Origin: Guillardia theta CCMP2712
Taxonomy: Eukaryota > Protista > Cryptophyta
Reading direction: 5' to 3'
Length of the DNA stretch: 64,000 nt
Assembly: GCF_000315625.1 (NCBI RefSeq)
Contig: NW_005434668.1
Span: forward strand, 505,808-569,807
Positions 1 through 11,872 of the stretch are shown here, piece after piece (position 1 is the first letter of the stretch; each line of letters begins with the position of its first letter). The notes under the pieces were generated by a model that ran no database searches, was not told where the DNA came from, and saw nothing but the letters and a program-made list of their open reading frames with translations. The position numbers and the translations under genes were made by a program.

Positions 1-376
1 TGGCCATACCAGGTAATCACCCCATAGTATAAGATCCCAACCCTTGTATGATCCACATCCAGTGTATCGATCCCTGCCGATCTCCCTTCCCCTCCTTCCC
101 TACTCTACTCTCCCTGCACTCCCTCCTTCCCTACTCTCCTCTCGTTCCCTTTGTCCCTCCTTCACCCTTCCTTGTCTCTCTCGTCTCCCTCCCTCCTCTC
201 CTCTCCTCTTCTTCTCTCCTGTTCTTCTCTCTTCACTCCTCACCTTCTCTCCCTCACCTGCTCCACTTGTATTGATTCATCAGCATCTGGCATACGGCGC
301 TGCTCAGATGTTGTGCGAGAGCGTTGAGAAGGAGGAGGAGGATGCCGAGTGAAGCGCCTGCCACACTTGGCTGAGG

Positions 377-2715
377 ATGGAGCACCTTGATGGCGCGGGT
401 TTGCGGAGGATGTTCCCGACGCTGCGGGACGAGCGAGTGCACATGGTACTGCACGGGAACGACCACAGCTTCCTCCTGTGCCAGCCCTGCATGGTCAGCC
501 TGAACCCAGAGAGCGTTCGAGCCCACATGCAGGACGAGAAGGTGGCGTACATCACGAGGAAGTGGTGGCTTGCAATTCCCCGGTCGAAATGCTGGAAGAT
601 CAGCTACAGCACGTTCGAGTGGCTGAACGTCCTGCTGTTCGAGGAGCTAGTGCCTCAGTACTCGCGCTACGGTGAAAACTCCATCGCATTCACGGCAAGG
701 AAGGACTGGAACTTGTGCGCTGAGAACAAGCTGGTGATGACGTACGAGGACTTTGTCTACTCCCTTCTCACTCTCGCTGAAAACTTCACCATATCGTCAA
801 GCCATCGAGAGTACTTCGAGTTCCTCGACAACTTGCTGAACAAAATCAAATCGAAGTTTGACAGCAAGGCAGAGGCGCTTGCTTTAGAGCAGGGCAAGAT
901 GATCCAAGACAAGTCCAGCTCTCGTCATACAGACAGCGGTGGGAGTGACGACAGTGCGTCTCCCAAGCACACCACTCAGTTTCTCATACAACGAAGACTC
1001 GTTCCCAAAGGCCTCGCAGATCTCTCCGAAGGTGACGGTAGCTGAGTCTGCTGCCCTCGTCGCTCACCTGCTGGTGCAGGCGCGAGCGTGACCGACTCGG
1101 AGCCCGGCTTCGACTTCATCCATCAGGAATCTGACTACCATGCGGCTGCTCTCATCGATACGCACCAGGTCCTCCCTGCTCCCTGCACCTTGCTCCCTGC
1201 TCCCTGCTCCCTGCACCTTGCTCCCTGCACCTTGCTCCCTGCACCTTGTTCCCTGCTCCCTGCTCCTTCCCGTCGCTTGTCTGACGGGACTGCAGGCAAT
1301 CAAAGACGCTCGCGATCTTTTGAGCGACCTCAGCCCGACCACCGCGAGAAAGGTTCCTCCTAGCGCTCCGCGACGACATGACAAGTTGCAGGCCCTGCAC
1401 GCTACTCAGCAGAGGAGAGATGGCCGTCATCGGTGAGGCTTGCAAGCTGCTTCTGCTGCTGCTGCTGCTGATGATGATGCTTGCCTGTAGGATGAGCAGA
1501 TGGTCCTGTCAACCGGCTCTCAGCGCTCGGGTGAGCTTGACCGCAGAGGTCAAAGTTGAGGGTGAGAGGTGCGGCAGATAGAGTCGTCGCCTCTGCAAGT
1601 GGAGGTGAAGAAGTTGGAGAACAACTCGAAGAAGACGAGAGGCAGGACGAGCTTCTTGTCTCCGCTGGTCTCATCTCTTGCCTTGCAGGCGAGTCTTCCT
1701 CCTTCGAGATCCTTCGGAACTATCGCAAGGACGTGAGTCATGCACGCGAATGCTGCCCTGTGTCTCATGCATGCCAGATCTCCTCCTTCTCGCCCCGGGC
1801 AATGGAGGCGACGGAGACGATGAAGCGACTGGTTGGCTTGAGGCTGCTGAAAGACAACATCCTGATCTCAGAGACGATGAACACGTAAGCAGAGGAAGAG
1901 GAGGTGGGGGAAGGGCTAGAGGAGCGAGAGGAACGGCTAGAGGAGCGAGAGGAACGGGGAGGCGGAAAGACGGAGAGATGGTGAAGAATCACGAGAGAAG
2001 GTGCTTTCAGGTTGCGGAAGTGCATCAGATAGTCATGCGCTGTGATGTTGATGGCAGTGGACGCGAGGAAGAGAGGGAGAGGAGAGGTTGGAAGGAGGAG
2101 GGGAAGGAAAAGGAGTTCACCAGAGAAAGATAATGAGGTTGGGGAGGAGAGGTTTTATTCTCGTGTAGCAGGAAGCTCAAGAAGCAGGAGAGAGACAGGA
2201 GCATCTCCGAGGCCCTGGCGACGTTGGAGGTGCAGGAGGTGACTGAGCCTAAAGTGGACGTGAATCCTCCGAGGTGAGGGAGGTGAAGAGGGAGGAAGAG
2301 GAGGAGGAGGAGGAGGAGGAGGAGGAGGAGGAGGAGGAGGAGGAGCATGACAAATCAGCAGGAGCCATGTCCTCAGCCCCCTGTCCTTTGTGTCCGTCAA
2401 GGTTCGCAGCAACATCGTCCGCGGCGTCTCCAAGCCTTCTCCTCGTGCGAGAGAAGAGCAGGCGCCAGCGTCGTGCCGAGAGGAGCACGTCGTCCTCGAG
2501 CCCTTCGTCTCCTGCTCCATTCCTCCGCACAGGTCCCCAGGGCGGACGAGCATGGAAAACTTGAAGAGCAGGAGGTCGGAGCCCAGCCCTCGTGCTCAGC
2601 TACAGAGAAGTTCACGCCGAGAGAGGAGGGGAGGGGGCGGCTGACGCGGCTGCTGATGATTCGACCGCTGTCAGCGAGGGAGATGGACAGGCGAACGAAA
2701 CAAATGCATTTCTAG
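377..2715 (+). CDS. Multi-exon hypothetical protein with a probable EF-hand-like segment
   Basis: 222-aa ORF 377..1045 followed by spliceable exons; the segment VAEVHQIVMRCDVDGSG (~2010-2060) resembles an EF-hand loop; exon structure approximate. Confidence 0.45.
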
Positions 2716-2718
2716 CCT

Positions 2719-5268
2719 TCACTTCTTCTTCTTCTTCCCATCAAACTTCTTCTCGCTGATCAGCCCTCGCATGCTCCTTCCCTGGCGCCCCGACGTCTCG
2801 CCCCTCCCGTACTCTCTCTGCCCTTTTCCCTTCCCTTTTCCCTTCCCCATCCCCATCCCCTGCTCCTTTTCCTTGTCGGCTGGAGTGAAGGTGAAGGTGC
2901 GGTTCCCGCTCCCTGAGGTCCTGGACGGCACCAGCTGAGCTTCGGTCTGCGCGTGCTCGAGTCTCTCCGCCATGGTCATCTTCGCTCTCTTCGCTGCCGG
3001 AACGTCCGACTTGCTCGCTCCCTTCCGCAGCGCTGCAGCCTCATGACCGCTGCGAACCTGGAGGAAGTCGGTCAGTGAAGGATGGGGAGGGTTGGAGGAG
3101 CAAGGAGGAAGGGGAAGAACGAGGGGAGGAGGACTGGGTCACCTCAAACATGGCCAGCTTCTTCTTGCTTCTCTTCCCTGATCCCCGTGTAGACGTGGCT
3201 CCCCATCCATCCTCATTCCTCCGGATCTTTCCTGCATAAGAGGGTCAGGGGTATGGAGGGGGCGGGCAAGGAAACGTCAGCGCCGTCCTCGAGTCACCTG
3301 CCACGTCCTCTCTCTCTTCATCGCTGGACTCTGACTCGCTTCCAAGACCAGCGATCTCGTCGAAGTGTTCCCCCCCGTCCTCCTCTTCTCTCCTCGCATT
3401 CCTCTCCAAGGCGGCTTCGGAGGGGTGCAGCAGCTTGTACTCGTTGCTCTCCTTGTCGATCTGGAATTCAGGCTTCTCGAACAGCGCCTTGAACCTATCG
3501 TCCTCCAGCAGCTTGTTCTGCGACGCCAGCTTCTTCTTGTCCGTCGACCGAACTTTCTTCGCTGCCGCCTCGTCCTTCCCTTCCTCCTCCTTGCTCGACA
3601 TGATCTTCTCCGCCAACTCCCGGTTCACCTTGGGCAGCGGTTCCTTGCGCGCTATCCTCTCCTGCATCTTGTTCTCGACCTTGTCCCTGATCTTCTTCTT
3701 CCTGTACTCCTCGTACTCGAACGGATTCATCACAGCCTTGCTCCTCGCGTACAACTGCGCATCGAGGAAGAAGCCGTGCATGTACGCCTTCACCATGTTC
3801 GTCCCCACCAGCCCCCCGAGCCCGAGCTGAAGGAGCTCGTCTCGCGTCACGAACTTATAGTCCTCGAACACCTCCTCCCTCCTTGTCTCCTCCAGCTCCT
3901 CCGTCAGGCTGTCGAGGAACGAGCACCACTGCGGGGCCGGCCCGAGGGCAGGGACGAAGTAGACATGCATCCTCGGCTGCTCGGTAGCGAACATGAGCAG
4001 GCCTGAGTCAGGGCACAGACAGACCTCGTTGATGTCTGCTGGAGGCTCGATGCTCGCGTACAGCTGCCCGTCTCTCTTCCCCCCCTCCCAAACCTTGAGG
4101 ATCTTGGCGTCAGCTGCCATCAGGTACGACCCCTCCCCTGTGCGGTGGAAGCGAAGGTCCACGATAGGCTGACCGTACTGCTGGTCCTTCACATACAGGG
4201 GTCTGCTGCTGCGCAAATCGAAGAGCGCTGTGTATCCTCCGCTCGTTCCAGCCGCCAGGCTCAGCCCGTCCCCGTCGAATCTGATGGCCGAGACGCCTTC
4301 GACGCTGGCATCGTCGTCGTCGTCGCGCTGTACCACAGACCCTCTCCTCTCCGCCACCTTTGCCGCCACATCACAAACTCCCACCCTGCTCCGAGCGCGC
4401 GGGTCCCAGCATTCTACCGTTCCCGACTCAGTCCCGAAGGCCAGGAGGCCATGCACGTCGCTGCGGTCGACACAGTTGATGGCAGGGGAGAGGACGGAGT
4501 AGGGCTTGAGGAAGCGTCCTTGCTCGAGGCTCAGCCTGTACACGTCTGGGCTGCTGCCCACTACGACGAGATCGCAGCTAACGGGGTCATAGCAGAGGTC
4601 GCGCCCTACCTTGGGGACCCTCGTCTTGTAGTAGGTGCCAAACTTGGCGTGGAACTCGATGGTGCGATCAGCCTGTTAGCCGTCAGTCGTGGTCATCGTC
4701 GTCATCGTCATCATCTTACCTGAAGAAACGCCATCTTAGAGTAGTCATCGGATAGGATTTGGAACTGAACGACTTCACAGTCCATGTGCCGCTCAAACTT
4801 CATGCTGAGCTCGGATAGCTCGTAGACCTTCACTTGGGGAGGATAGACTCCCGTTGCTGCCATGAACTTGCCATCCTTGGACAGCCGGAGATGCGAAGAG
4901 GCCACATCAAACTCGAGGTCCTGAATCAGCTCAATGCGGCTCTTGTACTCCTCGTCTTTGCGCAGAGATTTCTTCTTCTGTATAACGAGCAAGCAAATTC
5001 GCGTGAGCCAGCAGAGTTAGCAGACAACAACCAACCTTCTCAGACAGCCATTGCGGAAGAGTCTTGCCCGAGCTCACGTTGTAGACCTTGATGCCTCTCG
5101 ACTCGGTCACCTACAGTCTCGTTCAGACGGCAGGAGACAACGAAACCAAGTGGATGAGACCGTTTCTCCCCTCCCTCTTGTTTCTCCCCTCTCTCCTCTT
5201 CCTCCTCTTCCTCCTCTCCCTCCCTCCCTCCCTTCCCTCCCCCGTCTTGCCACCTGCATCGGCGCCAT
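2719..5268 (-). CDS. NOL10: Nucleolar protein 10 / Enp2 (WD40 + NUC153), 40S biogenesis; multi-exon
   Basis: Spliced N-terminus MAPMQ|VTESRGIKVYNVSSGKTLPQWLSEK; RIELIQDLEF, ATGVYPPQVKVYELSELSMKFERH, LGPAPQWCSFLDSLTEELEE, DDRFKALFEKPEFQID are hallmark NOL10/ENP2 motifs. Confidence 0.95.
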
Positions 5269-5304
5269 AGTGCACTTCACGTGCCGGCGTTCGGATGATG
5301 GTGA

Positions 5305-5420
5305 ATGAGCGGGGATGAGGGTTAAATTTGGTAATGAGGGGGATGAGTGAAGATTTCCGAGTGGGGATCAGAGTGGGGATGAGGTCCAGATGAGGTCGGG
5401 ATGTGGTGGGGATGAGGGGA
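5305..5420. promoter_or_regulatory. Cluster of GATGAG (PAC-like) motifs upstream of NOL10
   Basis: Five GATGAG copies (5314, 5342, 5378, 5388, 5412) plus two AATGAG within ~150 bp of the NOL10 ATG. Confidence 0.4.
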
Positions 5421-6252
5421 GTTCGCTCTCTAATGGCGCAGCAAAGCGGTTTGAATCATGCGCGAGGAAGGGAAGCATAAGGGAGGAGGAGGAGGAGGAG
5501 GGAGAGAGATCGAAGGAGAGACAGAAAACGAGCAGAGCAGGAAGCTGAGGAGCAGGTAGGGAAGGGATGTCTCCTCTCTCTTGTTCGCTTCCCTACACAA
5601 ATCACCTCATTTTTACTTCGTGCGAGATCACGACAAACAAGTCGGGACTGATGAAACATCGATAAGGGACTAGAGAAGAAGGAGGAATGCATGGAAAGAT
5701 GAAGGATAGAAGAGAATCGAACGAGGGTATTTCAATGGCAGGGGGAGAGATTGAGAGGTTGAAAGGAAATCTGAAGGTTGGTCAGCTTCCATGCCGAGGT
5801 ATTTGAGTGTGTTCCTGTAGATGTCAACAGCTGTTGCTGTGTGAGCGAGAAGGGTATGATGATCTGGTGTGGGCAGTTGAGAGGAGTGTGAGAACCTGAG
5901 GGGGGCTCGAGCGTCTTGCTGAGTTTCGAGGGATCAAAGGTCGTGAGAACTGTTTCATTGCTGCCCGCTCGCTGAGTCGACATGATCATCGTAGAGGAGA
6001 GGACGTAGATAATGACCAAGATGTGCCTCGATACCTGCGAAGACATGAGCGATTCGCTTATACCTGACTATCTCATGGAGCTCGACAAGGAGAGGTAAAG
6101 TGAACCCCTGGCCCCAGTGATCGTGTTTGAATCCATACCAGCAACTCAGAGTACCTGCGCAATCTTGTACATTTTTCCCCCCAAAATGAAGAAGCAGATA
6201 CGAAGGATCTTGACAAGCAGCAGGTGACCTCGGTCGCTTCTCCTGCTCTTCA

Positions 6253-7164
6253 ATGACTGACCCGGGCCTCCTTGAGACTCAGGACGGAAAGCCCGAGGAG
6301 GAGGAGCTTGCGTCGGCTCCTGCCGCACGTGCGATGAAGAAGCACGAGGCCGTGAGGCATGATCTCCGAGAACGCAGGACAGTACAAAGATGGAAGATGT
6401 ACGTGAGCAGCTGCAACCCGAAGCGAGAGATCTTCTGGGGGAGTCAGGAGGCGTTCAGCGAGGTTAGCCAGAAGGAGCTGCGAGAGTCAGAGAAAGTCTC
6501 AGAGAAGACGAAGAAGGCCAATGAATCAACGTCATGCTCCCACATGTCGTCAGGCCTCCCGTCAGACTTGTGGACGATCGCGAGGTTCTTGAACGAGATG
6601 AGAACAGCTTCTCTCCTGTTGGGCTTGACCTGCAAACTCTTCGACAAAAGCTGCTACTCCTCTAAGCTCCCGACCAAGGGTAGCAAGTCTCCTGCGCCCA
6701 GTCAACGCAAGAGAGCAGCTCAATTCTCCTCAGAGGAGCATCTGTCCTCAGAAAGGAACCTCGTCGCTCTCATGGAGCAAAGCAAGGCCTTGCAAGATCT
6801 GGTGCAGGAGAATTCTTTATCGGATGGCAGCATCCTCCGCTTGACAGGCTCAGGCATGTCACAGCACGTGAGGATTATGCAGCGAGGGAGGAGCATCGAG
6901 ATCGTGGGCGGAATGACCCAGCCGTTCGTTAACTTGAATCGTCTGTTACGGGAGGTCTTCCATACAGAGTTGTCACCATGTGTAGCTCTCACGATGCTAG
7001 AGTACAAGAATGCCAGCAGCAACCGGTGGCAGAAGGTGCTGGACATACCCAAGATTCGAAAGTCCTTGTCTTCGCATCAGTACAACCTTCTCGTCCAATC
7101 TGCTCAATCGTTCAAGGTTGAGAATGGTAAGTCGAGGAGAAGGCGAACAGGGCAGGACGCATAA
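6253..7164 (+). CDS. Hypothetical protein (main exon of a gene probably spanning ~5700-7450)
   Basis: 303-aa ORF of protein-like composition; no family recognised. Confidence 0.5.
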   Translation: MTDPGLLETQDGKPEEEELASAPAARAMKKHEAVRHDLRERRTVQRWKMYVSSCNPKREIFWGSQEAFSEVSQKELRESEKVSEKTKKANESTSCSHMSSGLPSDLWTIARFLNEMRTASLLLGLTCKLFDKSCYSSKLPTKGSKSPAPSQRKRAAQFSSEEHLSSERNLVALMEQSKALQDLVQENSLSDGSILRLTGSGMSQHVRIMQRGRSIEIVGGMTQPFVNLNRLLREVFHTELSPCVALTMLEYKNASSNRWQKVLDIPKIRKSLSSHQYNLLVQSAQSFKVENGKSRRRRTGQDA

Positions 7165-7494
7165 CAGGTTGTTTGCTTTCCTGCAGGAGGTTTTCGGTCC
7201 TATCATGATGCTGCTGAACTTGTCCGATCGTTGGAGCTCAAGGATCGTCGACAGGTCTCCTCCCCTGGGCAATTAGCCATGTGTTCATTCGTTTACCTGC
7301 AGTGGACGTGCTGGGCTGAATCGCCAGCTCGCCCCCTTAACATCCCTTCAAGGCCTTGGGAGGCAGGCTGACGAATCGAGTGGAGGGAGGATGATGTTGA
7401 GTTGCAGGTTTACCAAGACAGCTGGACTTCTCTCGGAGAGTTCCTGGGTTAGAAAGAGAGAGGGCGGAGGCGGGTGCTCAATCGTTGTCAGGCG

Positions 7495-9415
7495 TCAAAG
7501 CTGCGCCGAGGAAGAGAAGGGTGCCCTGCGCACATGATGGCAGCAGGAGCAAGTTTCAATGTGCAGACGGTAGAGTGAAGAAATCCAGCAGCAAGATGAT
7601 GCGCTCGATACAAGGTGAGGGCGGGGGAGGAGGAGGTGAATGCATGATTGGGATGTGTCTGTGCAGGAGATCTCCAGGATTTTCACAGCAGTCTGGACCA
7701 GCTGTCTGTCGGGCTTGCAGGTTAGGAGACATGATCCAGCTTCGTCACTTAAGGACTGTCGACAGGCGTGCACAACAGGTTGCTGACACACATCGATTCT
7801 CTTGTAGAAGTAGTCAAGCAAGAGTGAACCTGTTAAAAGCTCCCTCATCTCGTGCTCTCCTTTTCCTTCGTCTTGTACTTCCCTACCGCTGGCACCTCTT
7901 CCTCCTCTGCTTCTGGCATGAGTTCAATCATCGAACAACTCATCCTCCACTCACCCGTGTTGCTCTTCTCTTCTGCTTCCTCTGACGGACCAGGAGGCCC
8001 CGGAGGCCCTGGTGGCCCCTCGTGGATGGACACTCCCGGAGGACCTGAGTGCAGATGTGAGAGGACAGGCGGAGGGAGGAGGGAGGAGGGAGGAGGGAGG
8101 AGGGAGGAGGGAGGAGGGAGGAGGGAGGAGGGAGGAGGGAGGAGGGAGGAGGGAAGTCCAGGACCTTGACGGCCGGGAGGACCAGGATAGCCCGGAGGTC
8201 CTGGACGAGCCCCGAGAGCAGCTTCGGTCATGAGGTACTGCAAGCGGGAGCAGGTCAGCCACGTCTTCTCCTTCTCTGCTCCTCTCTCTGTCAACCTGGT
8301 TGGCAGTCAGAAGCTCGTCGACGTCCTTCGTAAGGGCATGAATGGCCGACTCGTCCGCCACCAGCCTCTTAGTTAACTGCGCGGCCCGTCACCGGCAACT
8401 TCTCACGACTCCCTCCAGCTCCTCCACCTGAGCTCGATCCAGCTGGGGCGGGCTCTGAATGACCTGCCCCCGCGAGTCGTAGATCGGCTGTACCGCGATG
8501 GGCGATGCCATGTCGCTGTGTGAGAACACTCCCTTGCGGATGTAGTCCTCCATGGCGCTCGACGAGAACCGTGATCCTGCCAACGAAGCGTCAAGAGCCT
8601 CACCATGCCGGGCAGCGACGAGAACCTTGAGGCGTTGGCGATGTTTTAGCCCTGGCATGCTTGAGTAGAGCAGGCACTGCAGACTGAAAACGTGTAAGAC
8701 AGGAAGCAAGAAATGTCCAACATCTCACCTCCGACCAGACAGGCATGGCACTTCCTTGCCCGGGAGCAGCGACACCGGCTGTGATGGCAGAGGCGATCCA
8801 AGCCTGACAGAAGAGCCTGAGGAGCAGCAAACATCCACCTGCTCATGCCACCTGTCGCTTCTGTGGGCTTGGCATCACCCCGAATGCTATCGGCGTGCCT
8901 CCTGGGTTACCACGAGCGTGAGAATGAATGAGACAGAAAAGGAGAGAGAGCAGACCAGCGACAGCCGGATGCGCCAGGGGTAGGCCGACCGAGTTGATGT
9001 CGAATGGACCCGATGCCCCTCCATTCCCCTGCACTGGCCTGGTGTAGCCCTTGCCGATTCCAGCCACACCTGAGTAAGGGAGCGGAGCGCAACGGCTGGA
9101 ATAAACAACAGCTCCTCCACCAGCGTTACACGGCACAGTGACCGGGGGATGGATGAAAGGACGCGGAGGAGCGCAAGGAGCTCCCGCGCATAGTTGGCTT
9201 GAGCGAGCAGACCTGACATGGCGACCGGCAGCCTCGAGGTCGCCATGGTTGTTGGATTCTGTGGTCAGGTCCTGCCAGCCTTCCTTCTCTTGCTGGTCTG
9301 CCGCATCAACTGCCGCCGTGTGGAGGAGGAGGCAGAGCAGAAGCGACGCGGAGAGGAGAAGAGCTGGAGGGAGGAGGCGCGGGCTGGAGGAGACTACGAG
9401 CCGCTTGCCTACCAT
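7495..9415 (-). CDS. Putative secreted protein with short collagen-like Gly-Pro-Pro repeats and coiled coil; multi-exon
   Basis: Hydrophobic N-terminus (LLLSASLLLCLLLHTAAVDA); GPPGYPGPPGRQ...GPPGPPGPPGP at ~7985-8215; joining of the ORFs via short GT-AG introns is inferred. Confidence 0.5.
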
Positions 9416-9542
9416 CCCACAGGCATGAAAAGCGAAGGGAAGCGAAGAGTTGGGTGGGACGGTTATGACGGTTATTAAAAACGGAGTTATGAACGCCTTA
9501 ATAACGGATAGATAACTGCCGTGACGGATTTAGCGGGCGGCC

Positions 9543-9860
9543 ATGTTCGCGCTGCTAATCCCGATGGCGCGGTGGGAGGAGAGCGACCTTGACAGGCACA
9601 TGCTCTCCTACTGTGTGAGCTTGGAGAACACTCCCTTCCAGCAGAGAGAGTGCATCGTGAAGGGCAAGAACATGAATGTCAACGAGCGGAAGAGGTACGT
9701 CAGGTGGTTGTCGAACCAGAACGTGGACGTGTTGTGAATGCTCGCCATGCTGCTATGTCGCTGTGCGCAAGGAGGGCAGGGCAATGATCTCGAGGAAGGG
9801 GCCGATCAGGACAAGATGTACAATTTTATTGCGAGTATGTGTGAGTCCAACACGACCAAG
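9543..9860 (+). CDS. Small hypothetical protein, possibly secreted
   Basis: ATG 127 bp from the divergent gene; short ORF with a plausible intron. Confidence 0.3.
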
Positions 9861-9862
9861 AG

Positions 9863-10758
9863 TTATGCCTCTTCGCCTTCAGAACGGGGCGACAGAGCTT
9901 CCTGTAACACAACGTTCAGGGGCCATGCTTTGGTCGCACAGCAAGGCCTGTTCACACGGCACACTCGCATACCTGCTTCGTACCCTGAACGTCTGCTGCG
10001 AGGAAATTAGGTACCCCTTCTTGAATTCGGAATCTGGACAACACGGAGATCAGGATGGTTCGAGAGGGTGGCAGCGAGGGGAAAATCTTTGCACATCATC
10101 TTCTTGGGTGATAAAACGGACCTTCTCTGTGTTGCAGGACAGACGAGCTGCCCCTCCATGACTTCTGTTTCGAATAAAGCTCTATGAAGCGCTCGGAACA
10201 TGTGGACGTCGCCGTCGTTGCAGGCGCTGCTGCAGTGAGGTCGCGCCATGCATCACACAAGGCTAACACCTGATCACTTCCGCCATGTCTTGTGGAAACT
10301 GGCGCTCAAGGCCGATCGATTCCTCCCCACCGACTGCCTGCAGGGCATCCAAGAACACCTGCGGAGCAGCATGTAACCCTTCATCCTTCCTCTGCCTCCG
10401 CCGCCGCCCCTCCACACCTTCCAGTTCAATCTCTCCAGCAGCGAGATGATTGTGTCTTGATCCACCTTGCTCGGCCTGATCTCTGCTCGCTCCACTTCGA
10501 GAGCCAGCGGGTATCTCTGCGTTCAGAGCAGCGTCAGGGCTGGCCTTGCGGCAGGAGCGCTGGCTGCACCTGCTGCTTGGTCAGACCAGGCACCGGCGAC
10601 GCGAGGAGGTTGTGGGTGAAGAGTTTCATTCCTCCTCGCAAGCGGAGCAGAGATGCCTTGCTGTCAGAGGAAGCCTCGCTGACGCTGGGCCCCGCTTCTC
10701 CGGGCCAGCTGCACAACACGGCGAACAGAACCAGCAGCGAGGCGCCGCGACTTGACAT
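9863..10758 (-). CDS. TRM112: TRM112 methyltransferase activator with N-terminal signal peptide + LRLRGG presequence
   Basis: MKLFTHNLL...YPL...LLERLNWKV...FRALHRALFETEVMEGQLVCPATQR|RFRIQEGVPNFL match Trm112; preceded by MSSRGASLLVLFAVLCSWPGEAG...SLLRLRGG. Confidence 0.88.
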
Positions 10759-11302
10759 GTGAGGAGACAAGAGGAGAACGGGCAAGTGAGCAAGGATGGG
10801 GGCGATTGTGGTCTTTGTTGGAAACAGGAAGGACAAGGTAACACAAGGGAGTGAAGGAAGTGGGAGTAGCCGATAGCACGAGGAAGACTGGGCAGAGGAA
10901 GGAAGCGGGGGAGTTGGAGGAGAACTGGAATTAAGAGGATAGGGATAAAGATTTCAAGGAACAGCAGAGAACAGGGAGGTGAAGGATGAGGAGGAGGATC
11001 TAGGCAATTAGAAAGTTGCTAGTGTCGATCGAGAAGGGAGGCAATAGGGAGCAAGAAGGAAGGGAAGAGGGAGGGAGGGAGGAGGGTTGGGGGATGGGGA
11101 GAGGATGGAAGGAAATTGGATGTTGATTAAGTGGAGGATGATGATTGAGTGGAGATGAAATAGCAGCAGAGGAGGAGAGGAGTGGATGACGACGAGGATC
11201 GTGAGGATCAGGATCGAGCGAGTGTTGATCCAAGGCGGTACAAGGAAGAGTGGGCGTTGGAGCGGGAGGAGCGAGAGGAGCGGGAAGTCTAAGAGTCGGA
11301 AC

Positions 11303-11538
11303 AGGGGCAGGGGCAGGGGCAGGGGCAGGGGCAGGGGCAGGGGCAGGGGCAGGGGCAGGGGCAGNNNNNNNNNNNNNNNNNNNNNNNNNNNNNNNNNNNN
11401 NNNNNNNNNNNNNNNNNNNNNNNNNNNNNNNNNNNNNNNNNNNNNNNNNNNNNNNNNNNNNNNNGATTCAGATGCAGGGGCAGGGGCAGGGGCAGGGGCA
11501 GGGGCAGGGGCAGGGGCAGGGGCAGGGGCAGGGGCAGG
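11303..11538. repeat. (GGGGCA)n microsatellite spanning a 100-N assembly gap
   Basis: Perfect hexamer repeats on both sides of the N run 11365-11464. Confidence 0.9.
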
Positions 11539-11872
11539 GGACGTGGTAGAAGTTGTGGGTAGGAGGGAGGAGGAAGCAACTGGTCGAGAAACGGGATTTG
11601 ATCACCCCCCTCTAGATGAAATAGATAGGGACATAGGTAGGGTGGGGTAGTGAAAGTGGTCGGAGCGAGGGAGGCCGAAGGAGCGTGTAGTAGTTGAGGA
11701 GCGAGGAGAAGGAAGAGGCAGAGGCAGAGGAAGAGGAAGAGGAAGAGGCAGGGGCAGAGGAAGAGGAAGAGGTAGAGGCAGGGGAAGAGGAAGAGGAAGA
11801 GGAAGAGGAAGATCAACATCGAGAGCCAGAGGAGGAGGAAGAGGAGGGAGGAAAGGAGCTTCAGGCTTGACG

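Noticed and set aside
1168-1270. CRISPR-like repeat array
   Set aside because: Adjacent 7-nt tandem units with no unique spacers, eukaryotic context, no cas genes.
10630-10760. True ubiquitin-TRM112 fusion
   Set aside because: Only the last 6-7 ubiquitin-like residues are present; the upstream sequence is a signal peptide and Ser-rich linker, too short for a ubiquitin fold.
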